Positions 23,401 through 31,898 of a stretch of DNA of 64,000 bases are shown one piece after another (position 1 is the stretch's first letter; each line of letters opens with the position of its first letter). The DNA is from a virus, in IMG/VR virus record IMGVR_UViG_3300021962_000027; one strand, 5' to 3'. The notes under the pieces are model-generated. The model did not search any database. It saw nothing but the letters and a program-made list of their open reading frames with translations, and had not been told where the DNA came from. The position numbers were made by a program, and so were the translations under genes.

Positions 23401-24416
23401 GTGATACCATCAACAAGTGGACAATAAAAAATGTTACCAGCGAACAAACTGATAATATTTACGTATCACCCGTTCGAAACGGTAGCGGCCAACAAGGAAG
23501 TGGATTGGTAGTTGGTTGGGTTAACCCTTTAAAAGATATTTATGTTACCTCTGGTTATGGTTACCAAGCATCGAGAGGTAGGGTTCATGAGGGTAATGAT
23601 TTAAGAGCGGCTCTTGGTACTGATGTTTATGCTGTATTGGACGGTGTTGTCGTATCAAGCCAAGCGTTTGGTGGTTATGGTTATGCGGTAATATTATCAC
23701 ATCCAAATCACGGGCTATCAACATTATATGGTCACGTAAGAGAAAGATTTGTATCAGCTGGAGATACTGTATCAGCTGGTCAGCTAATCGCTAAATCTGG
23801 TGATGAGGGTTCACCAGGACAACCACATTTACACTTTGAGGTGTTGAAAAACGCTATTAGCTTAGACAATAGTAATTATTTTAGTTCAGCTAACCAAGCT
23901 TTATTAACCGACCCAGAACCATATCTTAAGGGTGAGGTTATCCCTAATAATAGTGGTGGGGATAGCCAAACAGCGGGTAGCGGAGATGTTGTTTCAAAAG
24001 GTTTGGATTATACAGTTGCGTTCTTAACAGATGTACTGAAAGGTCTTGGGGTTAGCTCACCTAATTCAAGCCAGATTAAATTTATGAAAGCTTGGAGACA
24101 GCATGAAGGTGCTAAGGCTACTTATAATCCATTTAACACAACACAAAAAGCAGCTGGGGCCACTAATTTCAATAGCGTTGGTGTTAAAAACTTTATAAAC
24201 AGAGCACAAGGTTTAAAGGCTACATTAGATACATTGAATAATGGTAGATATGGTGCTATAATAACAGCGATTAAAAATATCCGAAATGATGATGATATTA
24301 ACGCTGCTATGCAGGCTGTTAATGACTCACCATGGGGTAGTAACTTTAGCCCAGTTAATTATAAATCATGGAAAACTTTAAATAATTATATTTATGGTTA
24401 TGTTAATGAGGGTTAA
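17412..24416 (+). CDS. Giant hub C-terminal-like protein with M23 peptidase and lysozyme-like domains (2334 aa)
   Basis: Hub C-terminal signature SCTVNSLGNATIQP..YFYL......GTYWITNVSHKI....MTTTFKGVR. M23 HEGND (HxxxD) and PHLHFE (HxH). C-terminal AWRQHEG....YNPFNTT....ATNFNSVGVKNF lysozyme-like region. Confidence 0.75.
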   Translation: MGLALANFLKERYLNSTDSDLGAVMSTAYDEYNNNILLSTAEKYHDAFKTETLFKNVHDLPVRYGTQSTAYQSPSTPVNHAIFAQNIVNESKTGKLFKTAQLFISSLATESNNGVVSPAQLGKIFKRTQGLIEVPTHLVLYIGGLYDFYYYGTPDNNIDLKTINGVSNKDGSDLLSNPLLLNKHYGSYAFDNNNAGLKAATLPFVKPLTPRFIDDLMSFDYESYRDQKLPKNYRDTYYDYEFKQDISLSNNISSHIPFSGYGVLNNYLNSMSYLYFNEGLDGQTNENSSLNDDGLPYHIIGNFRGKLKTFKTYNDQNINFLGSYNSYGPKVKFNISTADSDLNTITSAITFDNDFLYTDKNNKEKIEFFLLLSKIKCNFLGGYMDTVDVYNIVRKLCAINNLKAKQDDIEIPDFITLLIHSLIPPDGNEPDTDSNRVNRNLTILDKYNVDSRSFIGYIDIKTKEYNELYTIILMINQLTGNDLYDYASRLLVSMWSREFNQKENNKLKALDGRGSFVVYPSCGGDINVNNLFTQNDFDYGLGNNKASINPKYKYQKTNVVHTVFETQGDAYLSNLVHNDPEFLVIDSKVSNDITNYWNRTYLYSQINPGLAEFVSLNNSQNYSDRIIPKNVTANDTALMGMYLPVYFRPENAPSNGTFINYFDRYDDVYIIANTTDPEGVKRLKFDNKSLIYNTSRLFWFDSPNTSGVIYPETIKFAPKNATQKPDLISVDYYEYKHFHLKNGSVYDYKNGELFYDMSNTDEEVVRSYNDFKAGSTLYSTFENLVSNADSITNYYSDNKQIQDADSAKILLDIFDIDKLEDFRTLFKKFADGTQENYFNKTFNTFDFKSLLKHTTMFGYSNLPNSVELYGRSFGKDELLALICGYSGNFIEFASITGLAKVINTALTLGQEDKARFVIDEFLNAKITVNNYSTGGPLTIESSDLNNPNGLRLNSFIFNPIIAYSTNTRTYENIVASLGDVLLFRTILFGDQNISGYSDLDPGIDELVKKYVLVKGMTKNIDPNLGEDFVITELTRVFFRKLNIQLNEGNLKLLITYLRSFIAETLFKSIALNLYNGKTRLFDLTKDNYDSALIHPSKEGAKNQIYDHQKKKYIVISEIKNGVLIPKDSISYVNEKFEDFQSDIVFNDWVKKFNKDFVEKALTTLNGSLGSLHEKLLEKLTTNYNDTVDGDGYEYEDIKTDEIDIRTGTYYRIKTLYDKNVSYTNINATDDRLIKKSSHELGSADVNAILNSPLFFNFNVQQQDICDDNGLLTPSSDKLKDLVDYTQVLDRGNNPFGTKVFVDIVSFKQTLTDDLYKEGEINKTTSKSMWTILSKLASDHEFLLMPLTSYINLSGSVTEKDSPYDLAHDMFGVFNTLEMWESNPSFIFQLGSLTSSVGNGGSKKNSAKSNFDLSNSFCLDIDQNSLDIDGNGKILNEDVPSDVRNSNVSSFIVDFANPNQNMFESIQLSTDEFANTEESINAQVAIAGGQPVLSSGKLFSAMENRSYSCTVNSLGNATIQPLSYFYLRNVPLFYGTYWITNVSHKISANNTMTTTFKGVRQPIARKPTPNVAVIRALLKKAKELSGQQGYLDRDDATPIPTSGEIYTNRSFTGVSGTTSETKYGLLYQRATDEGVNKYVTYNGLWVIASYLKLMTGGDETDTVLIKTLISYLHNNASELAVSWDIDYTAPYFVDIVAYDLYNKLGYETNELSLSELLDNYPTTAGDMYQTTLYKLLEFQQKPNDLLAYLTLTAEEKYNPKTTLITNSKGTAITNDETLPKITFPGDFGQDNLSAITRVNYWVSDTTKSNLKTFNGLSTYELVSYFDTTPATPTVSIVQQTLQEAAIQNAIQLDLANPAESTGVVAPTLYPATNANLNTQFKFSLQAPAQQTVQQQLFAGLPQFNNNTQTTSGTTPRELGSQKDGSFDFSKAFSKTFTIEGYDEDLIAYVMGGYGKSKKYAFFKLCNDSEKFEYDTIKINKHAHIDLKILGQDNGNATGDTINKWTIKNVTSEQTDNIYVSPVRNGSGQQGSGLVVGWVNPLKDIYVTSGYGYQASRGRVHEGNDLRAALGTDVYAVLDGVVVSSQAFGGYGYAVILSHPNHGLSTLYGHVRERFVSAGDTVSAGQLIAKSGDEGSPGQPHLHFEVLKNAISLDNSNYFSSANQALLTDPEPYLKGEVIPNNSGGDSQTAGSGDVVSKGLDYTVAFLTDVLKGLGVSSPNSSQIKFMKAWRQHEGAKATYNPFNTTQKAAGATNFNSVGVKNFINRAQGLKATLDTLNNGRYGAIITAIKNIRNDDDINAAMQAVNDSPWGSNFSPVNYKSWKTLNNYIYGYVNEG

Positions 24417-24441
24417 TAGTAACTTTTAATAAAAAATTAGA

Positions 24442-24449
24442 TATTTATA
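24442..24449 (+). promoter_or_regulatory. Putative late promoter TATTTATA
   Basis: GATATTTATAAG, 15 nt before ATG 24465. Confidence 0.55.
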
Positions 24450-24464
24450 AGAAAGTAAACGATT

Positions 24465-24692
24465 ATGAACAACATTGGTAGCAAATTAGACCAATTCTTA
24501 GGTAAAAGAGTTGAAGAAGCACAAATCGGAGAAGAAGTTTGTGATTTAAAAACTGGAGTTTGTTATGTAAAAACAAAAGACGGTTTAATTGAGAGAACTT
24601 TGATAGAAAAAAAATTGGTCCTAGAGGACGGTAGAGAGCTATTGAGAGAAGAATCACCTATAAGCCATTCAACAAAAACATTTTTAAGATGA
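24465..24692 (+). CDS. Hypothetical protein (75 aa)
   Basis: Follows the late motif and has an ATGA overlap with the next gene; contains CDLKTGVC. Confidence 0.7.
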   Translation: MNNIGSKLDQFLGKRVEEAQIGEEVCDLKTGVCYVKTKDGLIERTLIEKKLVLEDGRELLREESPISHSTKTFLR

Positions 24693-25429
24693 GTAAGAAA
24701 TTAGATAATATTTTATCCGAAGAGATAAAAAGATTCAACAATATCATGTCCTATCAAGATAAACTATATGAGGGACATCATTATAAATTCTATGAAGCTG
24801 AAGAAGAAGCTCCAGTTGAGGTAGCACCTGAAGAGGTACCAGTTGATGCTGGTATTGACACCACTGGTGATCAAGCACCTATGGATCCAGGGATGGACAC
24901 AACAGCTCCAGAAGAAGCACCAGTTGCGGATACAGAACCAGCTTTAGGTGATGAAGTTGCCCCAGAAGAAGCACCAGCGGCTCCTGAAGGTGATGTTGAG
25001 GTTGATGTAACTGAATTAGTTAACTCCACAAAAGAAATGGCAGCAAAAGCCGATGATATTGTACAAAAGATAGCTAACTCATCACAAAAAATTGAGGATA
25101 TCATTAATAAAGTTAATAGTGTTGAACAAGGTTTACAAAAAATGGATTCATTGGTACAACAAATGGATGCGTTAACAAAACAAGTTGAATTAATGAGACC
25201 ACCAACCGAAGAAGAGAGAAGAAAAGTTTTGGCAAAAGATTCATATCCATTTAGTGTTACACAAGATGAATATATGAGTGGTAACGCACCAAAAACACAG
25301 ACCGATCTTGAAAATAGACCAGATAAGTTATCGATGATGGATAATCTTATGAACAATTATAATGAGACTGATATTAAAAACAGCTTTTATAATTCAAACA
25401 ATAAAGAAAAACCTGTAAGTAATTATTAA
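24689..25429 (+). CDS. Hypothetical acidic coiled-coil protein, possibly head-internal or scaffold-like (246 aa)
   Basis: N-terminal LSEEIKRF..IM.Y, a long P/A/E-rich disordered linker and a heptad coiled coil. Confidence 0.55.
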   Translation: MSKKLDNILSEEIKRFNNIMSYQDKLYEGHHYKFYEAEEEAPVEVAPEEVPVDAGIDTTGDQAPMDPGMDTTAPEEAPVADTEPALGDEVAPEEAPAAPEGDVEVDVTELVNSTKEMAAKADDIVQKIANSSQKIEDIINKVNSVEQGLQKMDSLVQQMDALTKQVELMRPPTEEERRKVLAKDSYPFSVTQDEYMSGNAPKTQTDLENRPDKLSMMDNLMNNYNETDIKNSFYNSNNKEKPVSNY

Positions 25430-25430
25430 T

Positions 25431-25736
25431 ATGAATCATATACAACAAGAATTGGTTATGGAAAAATTAACAGTTGGTGACCCAGCGTTAACTTTTACAA
25501 ACACAGAGGATTATACAATTGAGTATTATGCTTTTATCCCATTGGGTAACACAAATGACACAGTAGTCGCAACAATTAATGGCGTTACTGATCTAACCTT
25601 CTCAATGATGGGTATGATGGAAATACCCATCGCATCAATAGAAGTTACAGAGGTTAATGTGAGTGAAAACGAAACAGCTAGTGTTTATAGAGGTTTATTA
25701 GTATTTGGTATTAAAAAATATAAATCCATCTTTTAA
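25431..25736 (+). CDS. Hypothetical protein (101 aa, beta-rich)
   Basis: ORF tightly coupled to the previous gene and followed by a terminator. Confidence 0.65.
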   Translation: MNHIQQELVMEKLTVGDPALTFTNTEDYTIEYYAFIPLGNTNDTVVATINGVTDLTFSMMGMMEIPIASIEVTEVNVSENETASVYRGLLVFGIKKYKSIF

Positions 25737-25766
25737 CCCCTAACTCTAAAAAAAAATATTATATTT

Positions 25767-25788
25767 AACCCCCTTTAGGGGGTTTTTT
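25767..25788 (+). terminator. Rho-independent terminator ending the late block
   Basis: AACCCCC-TTTA-GGGGGTT stem followed by a T tract. Confidence 0.85.
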
Positions 25789-25818
25789 GTTTTATTAAAA
25801 AAATATTTTGTCAGGTTC

Positions 25819-25849
25819 TTGACTTTTCGGGTAATTGTACCTACTTTTG
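25819..25849 (+). promoter_or_regulatory. Bacteroidota-type host sigma promoter (-33 TTG / -7 TAnnTTTG)
   Basis: TTG at 25819, 20-nt spacer, TACTTTTG at 25842-25849, upstream of ssb. Confidence 0.75.
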
Positions 25850-25872
25850 TACCATAACAAAAATAAATTATT

Positions 25873-26817
25873 ATGATTGACTACAAAAAAATCGATTGGA
25901 GCAAGGCCGCAACAGACACACTGGCCGATTACGAGAAAGCAAAGTCGAAAACAACACAGACTACCCAATCTAGTTCTGTTGACTTGACAAAGTATTTTAC
26001 AATTGCACTTGATGAGGGTGCACAAAGCGGTGAGAAATCAATTAGGATTCTTCCTAATCAAGACGATCCGACAAAATGGTACAAAGTTGGTTATTTCCAC
26101 AACTTAAAAATTGGAAAAAGATGGACAAAACTTTATGATCCATCACAAGATGGTGACGCTTCACCATTGAATGACATGTATAAGTTCTTAATGAAAAGCG
26201 CTGACAAAGAAGACAAGAAATTGGCTATCAATTACAAGTCACGTCAGTTCTTCATTGTTCGTGTTATCGAACGTGGTAAAGAACATGAAGGTGTAAAATT
26301 CTGGAGATTCCCAGCTGTACAAGACGGCTCTGGTATCATGGACAAAGTCGCACCACTTGTTAAAAAGTATGGGGCGTTCTGGAACCCATTTGAAGGTTTT
26401 GACCTTACAATCTCTATGATTAGAGATAAATCAAGAGACTCAAAAGTTGGTTTCACAAAGGTTGCATCTATCATCCCTGATAGAGAGTCTAAACTTTCTG
26501 ATGATGAAAACCAGGCTGTAGAGTGGTTAGGTGATCCAATGGCTTGGACAGACGTATTTAAGAAAAAATCTGTTGAGTATTTAACTATTGTTGCTGAAGG
26601 TAGCGAACCAATTTGGGATGCTGAGCAAAAATGTTTTATCGCTAAAACTGAAGAAGGTGTAAGCACTTACACCTCAACACCAGCACCTAAAGCTGTGTAT
26701 GACGCTCCAGTTGCGATGTCTGAGGACGATGCTGATGACAACTCTTCTATGACTCAATCACCAGAGGTTGAAGAAGCACCAAATGCTCAGTTGAAAATTG
26801 ACGATTTACCGTTCTAA
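25873..26817 (+). CDS. ssb: Single-stranded DNA-binding protein, T4 gp32-like
   Basis: IRILP, FH, RQFFIVRVIERG..EGVKFWRF and NPFEGFDLTI motifs; acidic tail ending DDLPF; upstream of recA. Confidence 0.85.
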   Translation: MIDYKKIDWSKAATDTLADYEKAKSKTTQTTQSSSVDLTKYFTIALDEGAQSGEKSIRILPNQDDPTKWYKVGYFHNLKIGKRWTKLYDPSQDGDASPLNDMYKFLMKSADKEDKKLAINYKSRQFFIVRVIERGKEHEGVKFWRFPAVQDGSGIMDKVAPLVKKYGAFWNPFEGFDLTISMIRDKSRDSKVGFTKVASIIPDRESKLSDDENQAVEWLGDPMAWTDVFKKKSVEYLTIVAEGSEPIWDAEQKCFIAKTEEGVSTYTSTPAPKAVYDAPVAMSEDDADDNSSMTQSPEVEEAPNAQLKIDDLPF

Positions 26818-26831
26818 AAAAAAATAACATT

Positions 26832-26886
26832 AAAGCATGGATGTAAGCATGGACATAATGTCTATGCAAGTGTCCATGCTTTTTTT
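26832..26886 (+). terminator. Long nested hairpin with U tract between ssb and recA (terminator or attenuator)
   Basis: AAAGCATGGATGT AAGCATGGACAT AATGTCTATGC AAGTGTCCATGCTTTTTTT. Confidence 0.7.
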
Positions 26887-26907
26887 ACACCTAAAAAAAA
26901 ATATATC

Positions 26908-27921
26908 ATGGCAGTTAAGAAAAAAGAATTCTCTTTTGATGATCTCAAAAAGAAATTAAGCACAACAACAAAGTACAAAGCAGATTTATTCCTAAATTGT
27001 GGGGAAGCCTTTTTAGAGGCATCTGGCGTACCAGGCCCTTGTATGGGTCACATCAACATGTTACTTGGTCATACGAACACAGGTAAAACTAGCGCCTTAA
27101 TCTCAGCATCAGTTGATGCACAAAGAAAAGGTATTTTACCAGTTTATTTGGTAACAGAGAAAAAATGGAGTTTCGAACATTGCCAACTTATGGGATTGGA
27201 TTGTTCAAGAAATGAAGAAACTGGTGAATGGGATGGATTCTTCCTTTATCGTGATGACTTCAACTATGTTGAACAAGTTACCGATTACATCAATGAGGTT
27301 TTAGATATGCAAGCAAAAGGTGATTTACCTTATGATGTTTGTTTCTTCTGGGATTCAGTTGGTTCAGTACCATGTAAAATGACATGGGAAGGTAAAGGTG
27401 GTAAACAACACACCGCAGGTGTACTGGCTGAAAAGATTAATATGGGTATTAACCAAAGAATCAATAATAGCCGTAAAGAGACATCACCATATTTGAATGG
27501 ATTGGTTGTATGTAATTTACCATGGGTAAGACTCCCAGATTCACCAATGGGTCAACCTAAAATGAAACCAAAAGGTGGTGAAGCTATTTACCAAGCATCT
27601 ACATTAGTATTCCGTTTTGGTAATGAAGCTGATGGTGGTATTAACAAAATTGATGCAACTAGTAAAGGTAGAAAAATTAATTTTGCCACTAGAACAAAAG
27701 TTACTGTAGATAAAAACCATATTAATGGACTTGGATATGCGGATTCAAAACTTATCGTAACACCACACGGATTCATTACAGATGATAAACGTGATAAAGC
27801 TGCTTTAGATGCGTACAAAAAGGAAACTTTTGAGTACTGGGCTTCTAAATTAGATGACGCTAACTTTGAGTTAGAGGAATATGAGGTTAACCAAAAAATC
27901 TCTTATTCTGATGAAGATTAA
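26908..27921 (+). CDS. recA: RecA/UvsX-like recombinase
   Basis: Walker A GHTNTGKTS, catalytic TE, Walker B FFWDSVG, KGGEA and KNH motifs. Confidence 0.85.
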   Translation: MAVKKKEFSFDDLKKKLSTTTKYKADLFLNCGEAFLEASGVPGPCMGHINMLLGHTNTGKTSALISASVDAQRKGILPVYLVTEKKWSFEHCQLMGLDCSRNEETGEWDGFFLYRDDFNYVEQVTDYINEVLDMQAKGDLPYDVCFFWDSVGSVPCKMTWEGKGGKQHTAGVLAEKINMGINQRINNSRKETSPYLNGLVVCNLPWVRLPDSPMGQPKMKPKGGEAIYQASTLVFRFGNEADGGINKIDATSKGRKINFATRTKVTVDKNHINGLGYADSKLIVTPHGFITDDKRDKAALDAYKKETFEYWASKLDDANFELEEYEVNQKISYSDED

Positions 27922-28963
27922 TAAACCAATAAGACACAAAGTTAATACGAGTATTAACTCATTACTTATAGATGGTGAATATCTTCTAAAACAAGGATTT
28001 CATGGTACCAAGCAACTTCAGGGAAAAGAAGGTAGCGTTGGTACCATATTCCATTTTATCAATACGATTAAAAGGTTTTATCAGGATTATGCGGTTACAA
28101 AAGTTGTGGTATTTTGGGAAGGTAACGGTTCTAAAGAATACAGACAAGCTTACTACCCATATTACAAAAAAAATCGTGAAGATAAGGTTAGTCTTGATGA
28201 AAAATATGACTTAGATAGACAAAGAATTCGAATCAAACAATATCTTGAAGAATTATCGATTAGACAAGTTGAGATAGATGGTTGCGAAGCTGATGACGGC
28301 ATCGCACACTATTCAATGAACTCACCTAATGAGAATAAAATTGTTTACACAAATGATCGTGACTTATTACAACTATTAGATGAAAACACGAAAGTGTGTT
28401 TAACGATAAAAGGTGCTAAGGTTATGATTAATATGGATAATTTCGATAGCTATTTTGATTATCACTATTCAAATGTGGGTATATTAAAAATGATCGCTGG
28501 TGATACTAGCGATAACATATCTGGTCTACAAAATATTGGGGAACAAAAAGTTTTAAAATATTTCCCTGAAATAAAGAAACATACTGTTAACCAGGATTGG
28601 GTGATTAATCGAACCAAAGAACTATTAATTGAAAAACCTAACGATAAGACTTTAAATACTATCATCAACGGTGAAACTAAATGGGGTACATACGGTACTG
28701 ATTATTTTTCGGTAATGAACAAAATAATCAACCTTAAAGAACCTCACGTTACTAATGAATTAAAGGATTCTATTAATGAAATGGTTAATGAAACGTTATC
28801 ACCAGAAGGTAGAGGTGGTATTAAAAAAATAATGGAAATGATGAGAGAAGATGAGTTATTAAATTTTTTACCAAAAAATGATGACGCTTTCTTTGTTTTC
28901 TGGAGTTCTTTTATTACTATTATAAAAAAGGAAGAAAATGATTACAACACAAAAAACAAATAA
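27911..28963 (+). CDS. 5'-3' exonuclease / flap endonuclease (T4 RNase H, PolI 5' domain-like)
   Basis: LLIDG, YK.NR, EADD, DRDLLQL and GD.SDNI.G..IG motifs. The start is placed at ATG 27911 rather than 27881 to reduce overlap. Confidence 0.9.
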   Translation: MKINKPIRHKVNTSINSLLIDGEYLLKQGFHGTKQLQGKEGSVGTIFHFINTIKRFYQDYAVTKVVVFWEGNGSKEYRQAYYPYYKKNREDKVSLDEKYDLDRQRIRIKQYLEELSIRQVEIDGCEADDGIAHYSMNSPNENKIVYTNDRDLLQLLDENTKVCLTIKGAKVMINMDNFDSYFDYHYSNVGILKMIAGDTSDNISGLQNIGEQKVLKYFPEIKKHTVNQDWVINRTKELLIEKPNDKTLNTIINGETKWGTYGTDYFSVMNKIINLKEPHVTNELKDSINEMVNETLSPEGRGGIKKIMEMMREDELLNFLPKNDDAFFVFWSSFITIIKKEENDYNTKNK

Positions 28964-28964
28964 C

Positions 28965-29426
28965 ATGGAAGAAAAAAGAGAACAACGTAAATTTGAATTT
29001 ACACTTTACCTAAACGATAACATTATCGTACAAAGGTTTTTTAACATTATTGGGTTTAATAATAAAGCCATCAATTCTTTGAATTTTAAAGAGGCTATTG
29101 ATGATAATATGTATTTGATTCAAAGTGTCCTAAAAGATAGGACTTTGGATTTTATCACCGAACACCAAAGACATTTTCTCGAAACAAAAGATTACGAACA
29201 AAATGCATCAAAGGATGTTATGAAAATCGTTGTTAAACACGATGGTAAAGTTATTGCGTATAGAGAATGGGACGCAACCATTTACCCAGTTAAAGTTAGA
29301 TACACAGTTGATATACGCCAACATATCTATGATTTAATCACTAGAGTACAAAAATGTTTGTGCACACCAACTAGAGATCTTGAAACAGAGTACATAGGGT
29401 ATGATTTACAGGTTCAATTAGTATAA
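28965..29426 (+). CDS. Hypothetical protein
   Basis: ORF between the exonuclease and helicase; ATG 28965 lies immediately after the previous stop (the ORF track starts at 28938). Confidence 0.7.
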   Translation: MEEKREQRKFEFTLYLNDNIIVQRFFNIIGFNNKAINSLNFKEAIDDNMYLIQSVLKDRTLDFITEHQRHFLETKDYEQNASKDVMKIVVKHDGKVIAYREWDATIYPVKVRYTVDIRQHIYDLITRVQKCLCTPTRDLETEYIGYDLQVQLV

Positions 29427-29438
29427 AATAAAATTTAA

Positions 29439-30863
29439 ATGAGTAATATAATAAACAGTTTTGACGATTTAGGTAAAGATTTCCAATTACAACTAATCAA
29501 TGAGATAATTACGGACCATAAATTTGGGTTAGCGATAGTTGACATTATCGACCCCAAGTACTTTTCATCTGAAGCCTTCCAAAGGATAACACACATGATT
29601 AAATCTTATTATAAGAAACATGATGTGTTAATGAACTTCCCAGCTTTAAGAGCGTTAGTTAACCAAGAGGTGAGTTCCGAGCACGTTGCTTTAAGAACAC
29701 AATTAGATGATACTATTACCGATATTGAGAATTGCACAATCGGTAATTTAAATACACAGGATAACGCTAAGAAATTCTGTAAATTACAATCCGTTAGAAC
29801 TGCCGTAAACGAAATAAAAACAAAATTAGATCGTGGTATTATTTCGGATTACGATGAGATCGAAGAAAAGATCAAAAATGCGATAACTTTTAAAGAAGAA
29901 CAAGATCCGATATTATTATTTGATAATATTGACCGAGTTTTATCCGAAGATTATCGTGACCCAGTACCAACTGGTATTCAAGGTATAGATGTTTGTACCA
30001 AAGGTGGTTTGTCAAAAGGTGAGGTTGGTCTGGTTATCGCACCACTTGGTGTTGGTAAAACGACTTTCCTAACCAAGGTAGCTAGTTCGGCATTTCTTGA
30101 AGGTAAAACGGTGTTACAGATTTTCTTTGAAGACAAAGAAGAAGCGGTACAAAGGAAACACTTCTCAGCTTTAACTAAGATACCACTAAGTGAGTTATCT
30201 GAAAACAAAACTTTAATCCAGAACAAAATCAAAAGCATCAAAGAAGAACATAAGAACAATCTTTATCTACAAAAATTACCTTCAGATGGTGTTACGATTA
30301 ATAAATTAAAAAACATCATCAAAAAGATTAATTCTAAGGGTACTAAAGTTGATGTATTAGTTTTGGATTATATTGATTGCCTTTCAATGGAAAAAGAATT
30401 TTCAAATAGCGAAGAGTGGTCAAATGAGGGTAAAATCATGAGAGCGTTTGAGAGTATGGTTGATGAGATGAACGTTGTTGGTTGGACAGCCACACAAGGT
30501 AACAGAAGCTCAACTAGTGTTGAGGTGGTTAAGACCGAGAACATGGGGGGTAACCTAAAGAAAGCACAAATCGCTCACTTTATAATGAGTATCGGTAAAA
30601 CACTTGAACAAAAAGACCAAAAGATCGCAACAATATCGATTCTTAAAAACCGTATGGGTGATGATGGTATGATATTTAAAGATTGCTTATTCGACAACTC
30701 AAGGATTATAATCGACACCAATGACGTACTAACCGAAAAGGGTTTTGAATCACAACAACAACAATCAAAGACCGAACAAAGAAGAAGATATCTTGAAAGC
30801 GTTGCGGCACAAAGAGATACAGAAGTTGAAAATATTTCTTTAGAAATTGATGCTAATATCTAA
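29439..30863 (+). CDS. dnaB: Replicative DNA helicase, DnaB / T4 gp41-like
   Basis: PTGI..ID....GGL..GE; Walker A APLGVGKTT; VLDYID; TATQ.NR; KNR.G. Confidence 0.92.
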   Translation: MSNIINSFDDLGKDFQLQLINEIITDHKFGLAIVDIIDPKYFSSEAFQRITHMIKSYYKKHDVLMNFPALRALVNQEVSSEHVALRTQLDDTITDIENCTIGNLNTQDNAKKFCKLQSVRTAVNEIKTKLDRGIISDYDEIEEKIKNAITFKEEQDPILLFDNIDRVLSEDYRDPVPTGIQGIDVCTKGGLSKGEVGLVIAPLGVGKTTFLTKVASSAFLEGKTVLQIFFEDKEEAVQRKHFSALTKIPLSELSENKTLIQNKIKSIKEEHKNNLYLQKLPSDGVTINKLKNIIKKINSKGTKVDVLVLDYIDCLSMEKEFSNSEEWSNEGKIMRAFESMVDEMNVVGWTATQGNRSSTSVEVVKTENMGGNLKKAQIAHFIMSIGKTLEQKDQKIATISILKNRMGDDGMIFKDCLFDNSRIIIDTNDVLTEKGFESQQQQSKTEQRRRYLESVAAQRDTEVENISLEIDANI

Positions 30864-30872
30864 AAACATTAC

Positions 30873-30892
30873 TATCTTTGTTCATATTTATT
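30873..30892 (+). promoter_or_regulatory. Adjacent host-type -7 element (TATCTTTG) and late motif (TATTTATT) upstream of nrdB
   Basis: TATCTTTG at 30873-30880 and TATTTATT at 30885-30892. The -33 TTG has a suboptimal 23-nt spacer. Confidence 0.5.
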
Positions 30893-30911
30893 TAAACAAT
30901 AAAAATTAATT

Positions 30912-31862
30912 ATGCAAGAACCTATTTTACAGGAAAACCCTAACAGATTTGTTATTTTTCCAATTGAACACAATGACATTTGGGAGTTTTATAAACAACA
31001 CCAAGCGGCCTTTTGGACCGCAGAAGAAGTAGATCTATCTAATGATATTAGAGATTGGCAAAATTTAACTGATAATGAAAGATATTTCGTTAAAAACATA
31101 CTTTCATTTTTCGCTTCTTCGGATGGGATTGTAAATGAAAATCTTGCTGAAAATTTTTTAAAAGAGGTCCAATACCCAGAAGCTAAATTTTTCTATGGTA
31201 TGCAAATTGCGATGGAGAATATTCACAGCCTTATGTATTCTTTGTTGATTGATACATACATTTCAAATCACCAAGAGAAAATCGAAAGTTTTAAAGCGTT
31301 AGAATATCTACCCGCTGTTCAGAAAAAAGCTAAATGGGCTTTAGATTGGATCGAAAATTCTTCTTTTCAAGAAAGGTTAGTTGCGTTTGCTGCTGTTGAA
31401 GGTATTTTCTTTTCAGGGTCCTTTTGTTCTATTTTTTGGCTAAAATCAAGAGGATTGATGCAAGGTCTATGTAACGCAAACACCCTTATCTTTAAAGATG
31501 AGAATTTACATTGTGATTTCGCTATTCATTTAATTAATAACCATATTGTTGACAAACCATCTGAGGCTAGGATTAAAGAAATTATTTTATCTGCTTTGGA
31601 TATTGAAAAAGAATTTATCACAGAATCATTACCAGTATCTTTAATTGGTATGAATTCTAATTTAATGAAACAATATTTAGAATTTGTAACTGACGGGTTA
31701 TTAGTTAAATTCGGTTGCAAGAAAGAATTTAATGTCGAACAACCTTTTAAATTCATGGAGCAAATCGCTGTCGAAACAAAGGGTAATTTCTTCGAGTCTA
31801 GAACAATGGAATACCAAAAGGCTAAGTTGAATGAGAAACTTAGTTTCACTGATGATTTCTAA
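30912..31862 (+). CDS. nrdB: Ribonucleotide reductase class Ia, beta subunit
   Basis: [46 protein letters not shown] motifs. Confidence 0.97.
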   Translation: MQEPILQENPNRFVIFPIEHNDIWEFYKQHQAAFWTAEEVDLSNDIRDWQNLTDNERYFVKNILSFFASSDGIVNENLAENFLKEVQYPEAKFFYGMQIAMENIHSLMYSLLIDTYISNHQEKIESFKALEYLPAVQKKAKWALDWIENSSFQERLVAFAAVEGIFFSGSFCSIFWLKSRGLMQGLCNANTLIFKDENLHCDFAIHLINNHIVDKPSEARIKEIILSALDIEKEFITESLPVSLIGMNSNLMKQYLEFVTDGLLVKFGCKKEFNVEQPFKFMEQIAVETKGNFFESRTMEYQKAKLNEKLSFTDDF

Positions 31863-31898
31863 TTAAAATTAAAATATTAACATAACATTAAAAATAAA

